Source of the DNA: Chrysomallon squamiferum
Lineage: Eukaryota > Animalia > Mollusca
DNA length: 64,000 nucleotides
Direction: 5' to 3'
Assembly: GCA_012295275.1 (NCBI GenBank)
Contig: CM022678.1
Location: forward strand, 10,230,001-10,294,000
Notes under the pieces: generated by a model
What the model was told of the DNA's origin: nothing
Seen by the model: only the letters and a program-made list of their open reading frames with translations
The model's database searches: none
Translations under genes and position numbers: made by a program
In this document: positions 22,091 to 35,641 of the stretch, piece by piece
Layout of the letters: the number at the start of each line of letters is the position of its first letter
Position numbering within the stretch: position 1 is the first letter of the stretch

Positions 22091-23431
22091 GTTCCAGGAC
22101 AGTTTATGAGGTAAAACTTTTAGTGACATTCAATGATTTAGTAACCAGTGACATTTAGCATTTTTTTTTAATTAAATTTTAATTAATTTATTTTTACAAT
22201 AGATGAAAAGTATTTTAGCAAACATTTTCCTTTTTTTTTTAATTATATTTTATTTTTGCTTTGTTGTTTGTTTATTTTGTCATTTCATTGCCTTTGTTTT
22301 TCCTTAGCCAGAAAAAAAAAATTCCTGTGAAAGACAGAAAAAACAGGTCGTGAAATTAATATAAAATATATATATAAATAAATAAATTTAAGATTACAAA
22401 CTAAATATAATGATTTGAAATTTGTGCACTTTGCTGTACAATCTGATAATCAGATAAATATAAATTTGATTGTATCAAATGAGTGGAATTCGCTATATTT
22501 TGTTTATGATTAATTATTTGTAATAACAATTATCATTAACCACAACATTTGAGAGTTTTTTATTTATTTATTTATTTATTTACTATTTACCTATATACGT
22601 ACTTACTTACTTACTAACTTCTCTTATTTTATCTTATCTTATCTTATTTTATTCCATTTTATTTATTCTATTTTATTCATTACATTTTATTTATTATACT
22701 TTAATTTATTATTTTATTTTACTTTATTTCATTTTATTTCATAAACAATTACTAACATATGTACGGATTTAGGTGCAGTCATAAATGTAAACTACATACG
22801 TATATGTTAGTTATTATTCGTTAATTCTTTAATTACGTCACAATAGAAATCGTACACAGAACAACTAAGACAGAGTTTTACATAATTCATAATGAAGTCG
22901 ATTTCGTGACGTCACGATTTCTTTACTGTTTATATTGTTATTAGTCGACATCTTCAGACGTCACGTGCTTGATGTCTTTCGTTCGCCTTTTCTTGAATCG
23001 GGATCCTCACCCTTCTCGATGACTGGATCACTTTAGATTATTTTTTCTAAAATGTCATTTAATGTTGAGCGGGGGGGATCTTGAATCTCTCTGCCGTCAG
23101 ATTCTTTTCTCGTCAGGATTTTTGAATACCGAATGCAATTTATTATTCATAGGTACTAAATAATGCTATAAGGTCATTAATATTTATCTTATTAACAAAC
23201 ACAGAAATGCATACGTACGTACCACTTTATCTGCCTATTTATTCATACATACATCAAGACAAACACGTACGCTGTATAAAGTATGATACTCAAAGTTTCT
23301 GTGTGGATGTCTGTAAAGATTCATTCATTCAGTATCGTAAATTCGAGTAATTTCTTAGAAATATTTCTTATGTTCTTTGTTTCTTTTTCAGTTTCAGACG
23401 TTAACACCAAACAAACAAAAACAAAACTGTA

Positions 23432-24466
23432 ATGGCAGAAACCAGTGATTCGTCTTCTCCTTCAGTAAACGTCGTCACAGAAGCAGACAAAATAAAACTG
23501 CGGTATGCTACATACAGAGGCTGGCATCGTAAAAAACTTGCTCTTCAGCTAGCTATAGCCGGATTTAGGTATACTGGTGACGGGGACAGAGTGAAATGTA
23601 AAACTTGTGACGTGCAAGTGGACAACTGGTTGACGTCAAACGACGCCATTGAAACACATCGCAAACACTCTCCGAACTGCTCTTACATTAACAAGTGGTT
23701 TGGCAGGGAAAGTCAGACGACATCCGGAGGTGGTAGAAGAGAAGATAAGTCGAAAATTCCTGCGAAATACCCGTTATACGAGAACTACCAAAACAGGCTA
23801 GACAGTTATTTTGGGTGGCCTCTGAAATACGCACACCAAAGTCCCTCGTCCATGGCGACAGAGGGTTTTTTCTACTTGGGGTCCGCGGACAGAGCAAGAT
23901 GTTTCCAGTGTGGTATCACTCTCCGGGACTGGGACGAGGACGATTTTCCACTGGACGCTCACATCACGTGGTCTCCCGACTGCCAGTTTGCTCAGCAGAG
24001 ACAAGAACAAGCCAGACGCGGAGTATCATCAAATAGTGCCGAGAGAAAAACAGAATGCAATAAAATGTCTAACCCAACTGATAAAAACAACAACAAAGAA
24101 CAACATTCTGAAAGGAAAACCGCAAATACCTTTGAAAAAACGGCCGAAGCAGGTTCGACCGGAGATGCGCTCTGTAATGGAGGAAATACAAACACGAACG
24201 AAACCTGTATGGAAGTAAGAAACGACTCCGGTGTAACTGATAGTGAAACAGGCACAGACGGCGCAGTGGGGGACGTAGGTAACGATGATGACGTCATGTC
24301 GCGTGTACGCAGCACGATGATAGACGCTGTGTTGGAGTTTGGGTGCAGCATAGAAAGTGTAAGGAAGGCAATTCAGCTGCAGAGGCACAGAAACGGGAGG
24401 AATTTTCCTAACGCAGAATCGCTGTATGCAGCCGTTCTAGACATTGAGGAATCAGATACTGTTTAA
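23432..24466 (+). CDS. Inhibitor-of-apoptosis (IAP/BIRC-like) protein, 2 BIR + UBA-like, no RING; copy 1
   Basis: 344-aa uninterrupted ORF with two C-x2-C-x16-H-x6-C BIR motifs (CKTC..H..C and CFQC..H..C), each preceded by R..T/S-Y..W and GF.Y.G..D. C-terminal IAP-type UBA helix bundle (IDAVLEFGC..VRKAI..G.NF..AESL..AVL). AATAAA at 24681. Confidence 0.95.
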   Translation: MAETSDSSSPSVNVVTEADKIKLRYATYRGWHRKKLALQLAIAGFRYTGDGDRVKCKTCDVQVDNWLTSNDAIETHRKHSPNCSYINKWFGRESQTTSGGGRREDKSKIPAKYPLYENYQNRLDSYFGWPLKYAHQSPSSMATEGFFYLGSADRARCFQCGITLRDWDEDDFPLDAHITWSPDCQFAQQRQEQARRGVSSNSAERKTECNKMSNPTDKNNNKEQHSERKTANTFEKTAEAGSTGDALCNGGNTNTNETCMEVRNDSGVTDSETGTDGAVGDVGNDDDVMSRVRSTMIDAVLEFGCSIESVRKAIQLQRHRNGRNFPNAESLYAAVLDIEESDTV

Positions 24467-24783
24467 TTAACTTATTTATTTATATAACTTTTGTAATTTG
24501 AAGAATCACGTTACTATATTAACTTTAATATTATTTATTTATTTATATTATTTTTGTAATTTGAAGAATCATATTACTGTATAAATTTTAATATTGTTTA
24601 TTTTGTTGTAAAATATTGTTTCGGTAATTTAAAGATTCAATTAAGTGTTGAGACATATAAATTTGAAGATCTATTTGTGTAATAAAAAAGTTTTCTCTTT
24701 TACTTTGTTCATCGACATCATCATCATCATCAGTGTTGGTGTCCTTATTTTGTTTCTGTTTTTTCTTCTTCTTCTTCTTCTTC

Positions 24784-24852
<69 letters not shown>

Positions 24853-25499
24853 CTTCTTACTTATTTATTGTTTCTGTTTGCTTGTCTTTTTATCTTATTT
24901 AAGACAGTTCATGTACCAAAGAAATGTAACAGACTGAATTTAGGAGACTATTTATATTATTTAGTCTATTTACAATGAATATAAAAAGCAACTATTATTA
25001 ACTGCAGTACAAAAATAAAATAAAATAAACATAATAACATAAAATAACCATAATAGGAAGAAGAAGAAGAAAAGAAAGAAAGAAAAAACCGCAGAGAAAC
25101 ACAAATACAGATAAAAGAACAGAATTAAATAATGTGAATATACATCTGCAAGTCTGTGAATGTGTCTCTATGTGACATCACTGTGACAGGTTACTGAAAT
25201 TTTAGATTAGAAACTCTTTTTTATTAAAATTATTACACAGAACTTTGTCCAACTTGTTGATCTTCAAACAGAATCTCTCATCTTCTTAGTGTCTGATACT
25301 ACAAGTATATACCACACATAATGAACACACAACATGTTTAATAATCATGATAAACATTCACTATAGCAAATATACACACATATTGATAGTTATGTATTAG
25401 TAACGAAAGCAATAGAATCAGTGCTTTGTATTATACAAACAGAAAAGTCGCAGTTCTCTCCCTTTCTCCTTTTCTGTTTCTGCCTCTTTTTCAGTTTTT

Positions 25500-25677
<178 letters not shown>

Positions 25678-26884
25678 AGACTGGACCACTGAGTTCCTTC
25701 TGTCGGATATACATGTAGTTTTCGAAGGCAGGTTTTGGATGACCACGCTCTGAATCAGTGAACTCCATCTTAAAGAATATGGTATTTTACCAATTAGTAA
25801 TTAGCCGACAGATACTTTTCAAATTTCTCATAAAAGAAAATTAAATATAATTATCACATACACGTTTAAGATTTCTCATAAAAGAAAAATAAATAGAATT
25901 ATCACAGATACTTTTAAAATTTATGATGAAAGAAAAATAAATGTTATCACTGAATCTTTTAAAAGTTCTTCTAAAATGCAGTAGGTCTTCTTTTAAAACA
26001 AAAATAATGATATGGATGAAATCTAAATGACTTAAATCCTCATTAAAAAACACATTGCCCCTGTTTTTCATTTATTTATTATTTTCATGTTTTTCTTTTG
26101 TTCTTTAATACCAAAATAATTAACACACTGTCAACAAACATTCTCAGATGTCACACTGGGTAGCGAAAAGCTTTTTCAATTAAAATTTTGTGTTAACTAA
26201 ATGTGACCAATACGTAAGCGACACAAAAAAAAACTTCACGTTGTCTTGACCGTCATAAGACAGCCAATGTCCAAACGACTCAACAAGTGTGGTTGGTACG
26301 TTTCGTGTTTGCTCGGCAAACAAAAATAATCAAACGTTTGAATTAATGGTGCAGTTTTAATGATTCCACGACATCTAACCACATTTTAGGTACCGGCTGT
26401 CTAGCCGACATCAAAGCTGTTGAAAATTCAGATTTCATCCATTTTCCTTCCCTCCCAAATAACTTCAGTGAAACCTACTATGAAAAAAAAATACGTGGAA
26501 AGAAAGATCATTATGTGTTCTTTTAAATGGTAACGTTGTTTCTGTTGTGTTAAATCAGTCTTTTGTACGAGATTTCTAAACATGGTGGGTGTAAATGATC
26601 TTCGGCGCTCGTGGTTAGCCATTAACAGCGTGGAGTAATGACCTTTAACCTCGACAAATGTTCTCTAACTGTCTAGTAGTTCTTAAACTGATAAAAAAAA
26701 ACACACACACACACAAAAGTAAGATTAATATTACCGTTTCCATTTAAAAACGATTTTGAAAATAGTGCATTTACATCACGGATTAAGGCTGACCTTTTGA
26801 GAACGGGTCATGTATGTATGTATGTATAAGTGTATATGTGTACGAATGTATATCTATGTATCTATACAGACACACAACATACAT

Positions 26885-26925
<41 letters not shown>

Positions 26926-27019
26926 TCAACAGTACTTTATTATTTGGCATAACCCGAAACTACACATCTTCTATAAATAAAATATCAACATGGTTAATAT
27001 ACATGACATTCCATTATAA

Positions 27020-27436
27020 CAGGGTAGGCAATTATTTTTTTCATGGGGTCACATGAGAAACAGAAAATATTGTTGAGGGCCGAGCCAAAAAGCTTAACTC
27101 AGTTCTTCATAATATTAATTCTATTTCTTTATATAAAAAAATAAAGCAGTATATAGCATTGTTTTGACAAGCTGGCAAGACTGGTAAGAGTATATATTAT
27201 GATTAAACAATGAAAAAGTGAGGTTGGCTTACAAAATAATGTCATTTATTCAGTCAGACGTCTCAAAACAATGGTAAACTAAATGTGAACATTTTTAACA
27301 TTTGTGACTCATTATATTATTGATCATTTTCAGTCACAAAGCCAGACACAAAAAGTCAAAACCTGCCACTTCACGTTCCAGCTGAAGCTCCAGATTCCCA
27401 GCAATGTCCTCGATCCTTCTCGTCACAGTTCGCCTG
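27020..27436 (-). mobile_element. Duplicate truncated hAT element
   Basis: CAGGGTAGGCAA terminus; minus strand RRTVTRRIEDIAGNLELQLEREVAGFDFLCLAL. Confidence 0.7.
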
Positions 27437-27665
27437 TCCTCCATATTTCTGTTATTGCTTTCCCTCCACCTGTGTTTACCTGGTACAAACTGGTCAATGG
27501 TGAGAGGAAATTATTAACAAAGACTGAACCTGTTAAGTCAAATTCATGGTCTTCTGTTGGACAGCTGATTCTGCACAAAACTAAACGTGAAGATGCGGGT
27601 GATTACCAAGTTGTTGTGTCCAGTAAAATGTTTGATACAAAACTAAACGTGATGATGCGGGTGAT

Positions 27666-27714
<49 letters not shown>

Positions 27715-29160
27715 TAACTGAAGATAAGACTAGTGTTACAGTGCAGATAGTTTAAAATGTAAAATTTAATCATTATTTTATTGGTCCAAGTAATAATATC
27801 GTACATGAAGAAGTACAAATTCTGATGTGTTTCTCTTCAACCTATGTCGTTTTGTTTAGTTGTAAAAATATCTCTTACAGACTGAGTATATGTAAACATT
27901 TCATTTCCTTGTTCAGTCTACAAGTTTTTGAATTTACGATCTATACCTGCCACAGAGGAAAGAACATTTCAGTCGACAGGCATCAACAGAATCGTATTCT
28001 ATTATTTATATGTATTTTGTTTCTTGAGAATTTCTGTCTAAAGAACATAACTGAATCCCTTTGACGTATTCCTCTCTTTCTTTTATTTTGTATTTACTTC
28101 TAATTTTTAATTTTTTTTTATAATTAAAATATTCACAGATTAAATAACATTTTAGAAATCAAATGTAAAGTGACCCATGTGTTCGAGAAGGGTGAGCATA
28201 CCGATTCTGGAAAAGGCGTATGAAACGCATGAAACACGTGACGTTTAAATATTTTTAACTCCGCGAAATTTGTATCAATGGTGAAATGCTACATCAAAAG
28301 AGTATAGTTTTTTTTTTATTAATATTATTATTTAATAAATTATTTAAAACCTTTCACATTATCACTATATTGTTAGAACAAACTTCCTAAATATAAAATA
28401 TTTTGGTGTGTATATGTTTTCCCTAATATTGTCGTGACATCAGCGTTTACTAATAATAAAGTATCTGGTTAAAGAAATATAATAAATTACGTCAAATACT
28501 GCAAAGGCACCCGTCCATGGTCAAATTATTTTGTGACTTGTACATAAAATGATGTCAAGAAAATAGAATGTTATATTATTGCTTTACTATGATCTATTGA
28601 ATGTTGAATGTTTAAAAACAAATCTAACACAACGATTAATATTGTACAGATTCTAAACAAGATGTGAAGATAATATACGTTCGATCTGCAGCATGTGGAG
28701 CAGTTTTGCTTGTTGTTGTACTAATTATTCTGGTCTTTGTTTTGATAAGAACACGTAGAGGTAAGGAAATCAACAGTCACATGTCTTAATCAAATGAAAA
28801 CAACATACTTGGTAACTTTGTAGAAATATTTCCAGCCTGATTTCCGTTTACTGATAACATTCTTTTTCTACATAAAGAAACTATTTGTGTCCAGGATTTG
28901 TAAACTGTAGATCAATATATTTGTAAAATGTAAATGAAACATGATTGAGAATGGACTTGGGTAGATGTACGTATGTATGTAGTATGTATTGTGTGTGTGT
29001 TCTTGTGTATGTGTGTGATGCCTGTATAATCTTATAATATATGTATATATATAATTTTGCAGCACCTTGAAAGAAAATGAAAAGGTACATATTAATTAAA
29101 ATTATTTTATATTAAAACAGTTTTACATTAACAAAATTAACTTTGTTAAAATAACCGTGA
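27434..29160 (+). pseudogene. Second receptor fragment (partial Ig exon, decayed TM exon, basic micro-exon homolog)
   Basis: VLHISVIAFPPPVFTW..DAGDYQVVVSS at 27434-27640; TM homolog at about 28650-28760 with deletions; micro-exon homolog at about 29063-29084. Confidence 0.85.
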
Positions 29161-29299
29161 GACACTTTTTCTCACCAGGACTGGTTCACAATACCTAATC
29201 ATCTGCTTTAGTGATATTATACAGGCATCAAACACATGCACACGAACACACACACGCACACACACACACGCACACACAATACTTAATCATCCGCTTTAG

Positions 29300-29592
29300 T
29301 GATTTTCAAACGAAACACTATACTTGTTTTCCCTGAAATACTTTATTGATTTTTCCGGGAAATATTTAGTCGATATTTCGCTGGAAATCGTGTCTGTGTA
29401 TAAACATAACAGTAGTTTCCCAGGAATTTCTTGCTGGTGACTCAGCGCTAGGAATTAACTGTGCTTTGTGTTACTTGGAACGAAGCGTCAGGTGACGACT
29501 TAGACAGGGATAGTTTACTGTAAATAACGTCACAGAAAAATCTGGACTTTCGCTAGAGTGAGGACTTATTCACTTCGACGATATAAAAGCAG
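29300..29592 (+). promoter_or_regulatory. Predicted promoter of IAP copy 2
   Basis: TTCCCTGAA 29329, TTCCGGGAA 29353, TTCCCAGGAA and TGACTCA retained, TATAAAAG 29582. Confidence 0.65.
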
Positions 29593-29629
29593 ACGACTCA
29601 GGCGAGGTTTACTGTTTGTAACTGGTATT

Positions 29630-29925
29630 AACCAGTGACATTCAGTTATGAGAAAGCAAAACTAGTAACCAGTGACATTCAGTTATGAGAAAGTAAAACT
29701 AGTAACCAGTGACATTCAGTTATGAGAAAGTAAAACTAGTAACCAGTGACATTCAGTTATGAGAAAGTAAAACTAGTAACCAGTGACATTCAGTTATGAG
29801 AAAGTAAAACTAGTAACCAGCGACATTCAGTTATGAGAAAGTAAAACTAGTAACCAGTGACATTCCGTTATGAGAAAGTAAAACTAGTAACCAGTGACAT
29901 TCAGTTATGAGAAAGTAAAACTAGT
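29630..29925 (+). repeat. 37-bp minisatellite, 8 copies, upstream of IAP copy 2
   Basis: Units start at 29630, 29667, 29704, 29741, 29778, 29815, 29852, 29889; donor GAG|GTAAAT at 29946. Confidence 0.95.
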
Positions 29926-31158
29926 CATGGTTCCAGGAGTTAGAGGTAAATTTTAATTAATTTATTTTTACAATAGATGAAAAGTATTTTAATCAAAAAT
30001 GTTCCTCTTTTTTTTAAATTATATTTTGTTTGTTTGTTTATTTTTTCATTTCATTGCCTTTGTTTTTCCTTAGTCAGGAAAAAAAAAAAAAAAAAAATCC
30101 TTTGAAAGACAGAAAAAAACAGATCGTGAAATTAATATAAAATATATAAATAAATAAATAAATTTAAGATTACAAACTAAATATAATTATTTAAAATTTG
30201 TGCACTTTGCTGTACAATCTGATAATCTGATAAATATAAATTTGATTGTATCAAATGAATGGAATTCGCTATATTTTGTTTATCATTAATTATTTGTAAT
30301 AACAATTATCATTAACCACAACATTTGACAGTTTTTTGTTTATTTATTTATTTACTATTTACCTATATACGTACTTACTTACTAACTTCTCTTATTTTAT
30401 CATATCTTATCTTATTTTATTCCATTTTATTTATTCTATTTTATTCATTACATTTTATTTATTATACTTTAATTTATTATTTTATTTTACTTTATTTCAT
30501 TTTATTTCATAAACAATTACTAACATATGTACGGATTTAGGTGCAGTCATCAATGTAAACTACATACGTATATGTTAGTTATTATTCGTTAATTCATTAA
30601 TTACGTCACAATAGAAATCGTACACAGAGCAACTAAGACAGAGTTTTACATAATTCATAATGAAGTCGATTTCGTGACGTCACGATTTCTTTAATGTTTA
30701 TATTGTTATTAGTCGACATCTTCAGACGTCACGTGCTTGATGTCTTTCGTTCGCCTTTTCTTGAATCGGGATCCTCACCCTTCTCGATGACTGGATCACT
30801 TTAGATTATTTTTTCTAAAATGTCATTTAATGTGGAGCGGGGGGGGCATCTTGAATCCCTCTGCCGTCAGATACTTTTCTCGTCAGGATTTTTGAATACC
30901 AAATGCAATTTATTATTCATGGGTACTAAACAATGCTATAAGGTAATTAATATTTATCTTATTAACAAACACAGAAATGCACACGCTGTATAACGTATGA
31001 TACTCAAAGTTTCTGTTGGGATGTCTGTAAAGATTCATTCATTCAGTATCGTAAATTCGAGAAATTTCTTAGAAATATTTCTTATGTTCGTTGTTCATAT
31101 ACATTGTTTCTTTTTCAGTTTCAGACGTTAACACCAAACAAACAAAAACAAAACTGTA

Positions 31159-32193
31159 ATGGCAGAAACCAGTGATTCGTCTTCTCCTTCAGTAAACGTC
31201 GTCACAGAAGCAGACAAAATAAAACTGCGGTATGCTACATACAGAGGTTGGCATCGTAAAAAGCTTGCTCTCCAGCTAGCTATAGCCGGATTTAAGTATA
31301 CTGATGATGGCGACAGAGTGAAATGTGAAACTTGTGACGTGCAAGTGGACAACTGGTTGACGTCAAACGACGCCATTGAAACACATCGCAAACACTCACC
31401 GAACTGCTCTTACATTAACAAGTGGTTTGGCGGGGAAAGTCAGACGACATCTGGAGGTGGTAGAAGCGAAGATAAGTCGAAAATTCCTCCGAAATACCCG
31501 TTATACGAGAACTACCAAAACAGACTAGACAGTTATTTTGGGTGGCCGCTGAAATACGCACACCAAAGTCCCTCGTCCATGGCGACAGAGGGTTTTTTCT
31601 ACTTGGGATCCGCGGACAGAGCAAGATGTTACCAGTGTGGTCTCACTCTCCGAGACTGGGACGAGGACGATTTTCCACTGGACGCCCACATCACGTGGTC
31701 TCCCGACTGCCAGTTTGCTCAGCAGAGACAAGAACAAGCCAGACGCGGAGTCTCATCAAATAGTGACGACAGAAACCCAGAATGCAATAAAATGTCTAAT
31801 GCAACTGATAAAAACAACAACAAAGAACAACATTCTGAAAGGAAAACCGCAAACACCTTTGAAGAAACGGCAGTAGCAGGTTCGACCGGAGATGCGTTTT
31901 GTAATGGAGGAAATACAAACACGAACGAATCCTGTATGGAAGTAAGAAACGACTCCGGCGTAACTGATAGTGAAACAGGCACAGACGGCGCAGTGGGGGG
32001 CGTAGGAAACGATGATGACGTCATGTCGCGTGTACGCAGCACAATGATAGACGCTGTGTTGGAGTTTGGGTGCACTATAGAAAGTGTAAGGAAGGCAATT
32101 CAGCTAGAGAGGCACAGAAACGGGAGGAATTTTCCTAACGCAGAATCGCTGTATGCAGCCGTTCTAGACATTGAGGAATCAGATACTGTTTAA
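31159..32193 (+). CDS. IAP/BIRC-like protein, 2 BIR + UBA-like, no RING; copy 2
   Basis: 344-aa ORF, near-identical paralog of 23432-24466 with both BIR zinc motifs intact. Confidence 0.95.
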   Translation: MAETSDSSSPSVNVVTEADKIKLRYATYRGWHRKKLALQLAIAGFKYTDDGDRVKCETCDVQVDNWLTSNDAIETHRKHSPNCSYINKWFGGESQTTSGGGRSEDKSKIPPKYPLYENYQNRLDSYFGWPLKYAHQSPSSMATEGFFYLGSADRARCYQCGLTLRDWDEDDFPLDAHITWSPDCQFAQQRQEQARRGVSSNSDDRNPECNKMSNATDKNNNKEQHSERKTANTFEETAVAGSTGDAFCNGGNTNTNESCMEVRNDSGVTDSETGTDGAVGGVGNDDDVMSRVRSTMIDAVLEFGCTIESVRKAIQLERHRNGRNFPNAESLYAAVLDIEESDTV

Positions 32194-32513
32194 TTAACTT
32201 ATTTATTTATATTAGTTTTGTAATTTGAAGAATCACGTTACTGTATTAACTTTAATATTATTTATTTATTTATATTATTTTTGTAATTTGAAGAATCAGA
32301 TTACTGTATAAATTTTAATATTGTTTCGGTAATTTAAAGATTCAGTTAAGAGACATTTAAATTTGAAGATCTATTTGTTTGTGTAATAAAAAAGTCGTAG
32401 GATTTAATCAAATAATTTCTCGTTTGGTTTGTTCATCGAACTCATCATCATTGTTGGAGTCCTTATTTTGTTTTTGTTTCTTCTTCTTCTTCTTCTTCTT
32501 CTTCTTCTTCTTC

Positions 32514-32558
<45 letters not shown>

Positions 32559-33469
32559 CTTCTTACTTATTTATTGTTTCTGTTTGCTTGTCTTTTTATC
32601 TTATTTAAGACAGTTCATGTACCAAAAAAATGTAACAGACTGAATTTTGGAGACTATTTATTTTATTTAGTCTATTTACAATGAATATCAAACTATTTCT
32701 TGTCGAAAACAATTCATGTCATAAACAACCATTTACAAACGTGTATAAAACGTCGAAATGTTTTTTGTTTTACATTTGTAAGCACGAAATAGAAATTATT
32801 GTCAACTATCACTTTTGTTTTATTCTTTTACTCAGTTACAATTAAGAAGAAAAAATACTGTTTTTTTCTCGTGTTGACAGTTACACAGATAATCAAGATC
32901 TACAGCTGGTTACTAATTTTTGTCAGCAGAAAGAAAACTTTTATCAGCATCTTCGAAAAACTGAAACATATTTGGCATTTCTTTTCACTGATTCGTTGCT
33001 TGGAACTAGAAATAACAGAACAGGATATCCGAGAAGGATCGATCCTGTGTGTGTCTGCGTGTCAGACCAGTTATCTACAACTGATCTGTAGTCAGCACAG
33101 ACGTGTAGATAAATAATAAATTGTTTAAACATGTTTATATTTTTATACCATCCCATAGTTACCATCACCAGACACAATATCGTGAATATTGTCAATAATA
33201 ATAATAATAATGATGATGATCATGATGATCATGATGATAGTAATAATAATAATAGCAACAATAACAAGTTTAATCTATGCCATTCCATGAAAAAAGCAAC
33301 TATTATTAACTGCAGTACAAAATGAAAATCACATAAAAATAATATCATAAAATAATAATCATAACAAGAAGAAAAAGTAGAAGAAGAAAAGAAAGAAAGA
33401 AAAAAACAGATAAACACATCTGCAAGTCTGTGAATGTGTCTGTTTGTGACATCACCGTGACAGGTTACT

Positions 33470-33634
33470 ATGTGTTTCGATCTGTCCCAGCGAGAGGTCA
33501 GACACTGTGTGCAGAAGGAATGGTGACAGGGAAGTGTTCTGGGTAACTTTTCCTCGTCATCGAAACAATCTGAACAGATCTCACAAGTTACGTGTTTCCG
33601 TTGAATGTTGAGAAACAGCAGTCCTCTCAGCCAT
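33470..33634 (-). pseudogene. TRIM-type N-terminal RING-HC finger gene fragment
   Basis: Minus strand MAERTAVSQHSTE, +1 frameshift, then HVTCEICSDCFDDEEKLPRTLPCHHSFCTQCLTSRW, matching C-x2-C...P..LPC-x-H-x-FC-x2-CL. Truncated before the last Cys pair. Confidence 0.8.
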
Positions 33635-33637
33635 CAC

Positions 33638-33957
33638 AGATTAACCTTTTATAGCTGGATCAGTGTGTCCAGTATAACTCAAGAAGATTAACTCTTTATA
33701 GCTGGATCAGTGTGTACAGCATAACTCAAATAGATTAACCCTTTATAACTGGATCAGCGTATCCAGTATAACTCAAGAAGATTAACTCTTTATAGCTGTG
33801 TCACAAAGATTAATCCTTTGTAGCTGGACTTGCCTGTCCAGTATAACTCAAACAGATTAAACCAGCATAGCTAGATCAGATTGCCCAGAAAAATGCAAAG
33901 AGATTAATTCTTTAAAGCTATATCAGTATGTCCAGTGTAACTCAAATAAATTAACTC
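33638..33957. repeat. 47-bp minisatellite, about 7 decaying copies
   Basis: Unit AGATTAACCTTTTATAGCTGGATCAGTGTGTCCAGTATAACTCAAGA at 33638, 33685, 33732, 33779, then degenerate copies. Confidence 0.88.
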
Positions 33958-34399
33958 GTTATTTATACTTCAAGGCTATAATTATGACCTTTATTTGAAG
34001 GGTTCTTCTTACCTTGAAATGAAATAAATAATGAACAATATTAATTGTAAAATAATTATGTAAACAGTTAAAGAAATATTTAATAACAAAATGGCATCTA
34101 ATATGAGAAGAAAATAAAATAAATATTTTTATACTTAATTTGCTAGAAAATAATCTTTGAAATCTGACTGATACATGTTTCATATTCATCATCTTTCGAT
34201 ATTCCTTAACAATCACAGATTCTTGTATAAAAGACTGCACCTCCAAAATAGAGAAAACAATGGCAATAAAAACAACAACAATAATAATACCTCACTATTT
34301 TCTATTTAAATACCCTGCTTATCCCACACCAGTGAAGCAAAAGGAAAAGATCCTGGTTTAATAACACATCATCAAACTTTATAATCAGCCCTCAGCTCA

Positions 34400-35566
34400 A
34401 AAGCAAAACACAACTCACTAAGTGAAGATCACAAAAAGAAAAGACAACTTTCACAAAAATATGAATCTACTTTGTTATAAAAAAAAAAAAATACACAATC
34501 AATCATGTTTACTTGGCTGATAGTTTTACATATACCTGGTTCTCAAGGTGACAAAACGGTAATATAATAACCAACAGATGAAAGAGTTTCTCAGTGTTTG
34601 AATGTCACCTTCAACTGTTGATCTGACATTGAAGTGGATAATTAAAGACACCCAACTATTTTATAAAGTAAATCTCAACTTAGCAATTTAACGTGAAGAT
34701 CAAAAAAGGGAAAAAGAACTTTCAAAAAATGTTAATCTATCTTATTATAAAACACAAACATTACAAAAACTAACCATCTTGTTCTCTTGTATCATCTTGT
34801 TTTTTCGGGAAAATTATCTCCTTCCATTTAATTAATTAATTTATTTATTTATTTATTTATTCAGTTATTTATTCAGTTATTTATTTGTTTATTTATTAAT
34901 TTATTTATTTCAGAAGGATTATTATTTTTATACTATTAATATTTTTATTATTAACTCTCTCTCTCTAATTAGATCTCCTTCTTATTGCTCTAGAGAACAA
35001 AAGAAAAAATTATATTTTTACCTGATCTTTTCACTTAACTCGCATACATGTTTGCTGTGAGCAGTGACGTTATAAATTTTAGCTATTTGCTGGTTTATAT
35101 TTACCTTCTTCTTCTAGCTTTTTTATCTGCCAAGTTTTCAGGTTTCATGATTAAGTGCTGGCTGGTTTAGTTATTTATTTACCGACTTAAAGTGAAGATC
35201 ATAACAAGGAAAGACAAATTTCATAAAAATATCAATGTCTTATTTTGAACCACACACACTGAAAAAAACTATTCATTCTTTTCTACTGCATTATCTTTTT
35301 TCTGGGTAAAATTGTGACTTAACTGTCATGTGATGTTGTTCCTTTTTCACAGAACTCGTCACACACTAAAAATATCTAGTGACATTGTCAACAATTACCT
35401 TACATGAATGCAGAAACAGAATGAGAAACATAAATAAATAATAATAACATGAACAGCAGCAATAACAGCAAAAACAATAATAACAAAACAAATATAAATA
35501 AATAAATAAATAAATAATGAAAAAATAAATTACTCTCAGAAGTATTATTATTATTAATATTATAAT

Positions 35567-35641
<75 letters not shown>

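Noticed and set aside
23688-24388. Antisense and alternate-frame ORFs overlapping the IAP genes
   Set aside because: Shadow ORFs of a GC-richer coding sequence. Their recurrence is explained by recent duplication, and they have no recognisable motifs.
24466-24620. AU-rich elements in the IAP 3' UTRs
   Set aside because: ATTTA runs are ubiquitous in this AT-rich background, so they are not informative.
27304-27717. 137-aa ORF as an independent gene
   Set aside because: Chance fusion of antisense hAT sequence, a partial Ig exon and a (TA)n tract.
29630-29925. 37-bp repeats as a CRISPR array
   Set aside because: Units are head to tail with no unique spacers, there are no cas genes, and the context is eukaryotic.
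33470-33634. RING fragment as the missing IAP RING exon
   Set aside because: It is on the opposite strand, has its own ATG and a TRIM-like N-terminal pattern, and the IAP ORF already ends with a stop and AATAAA.
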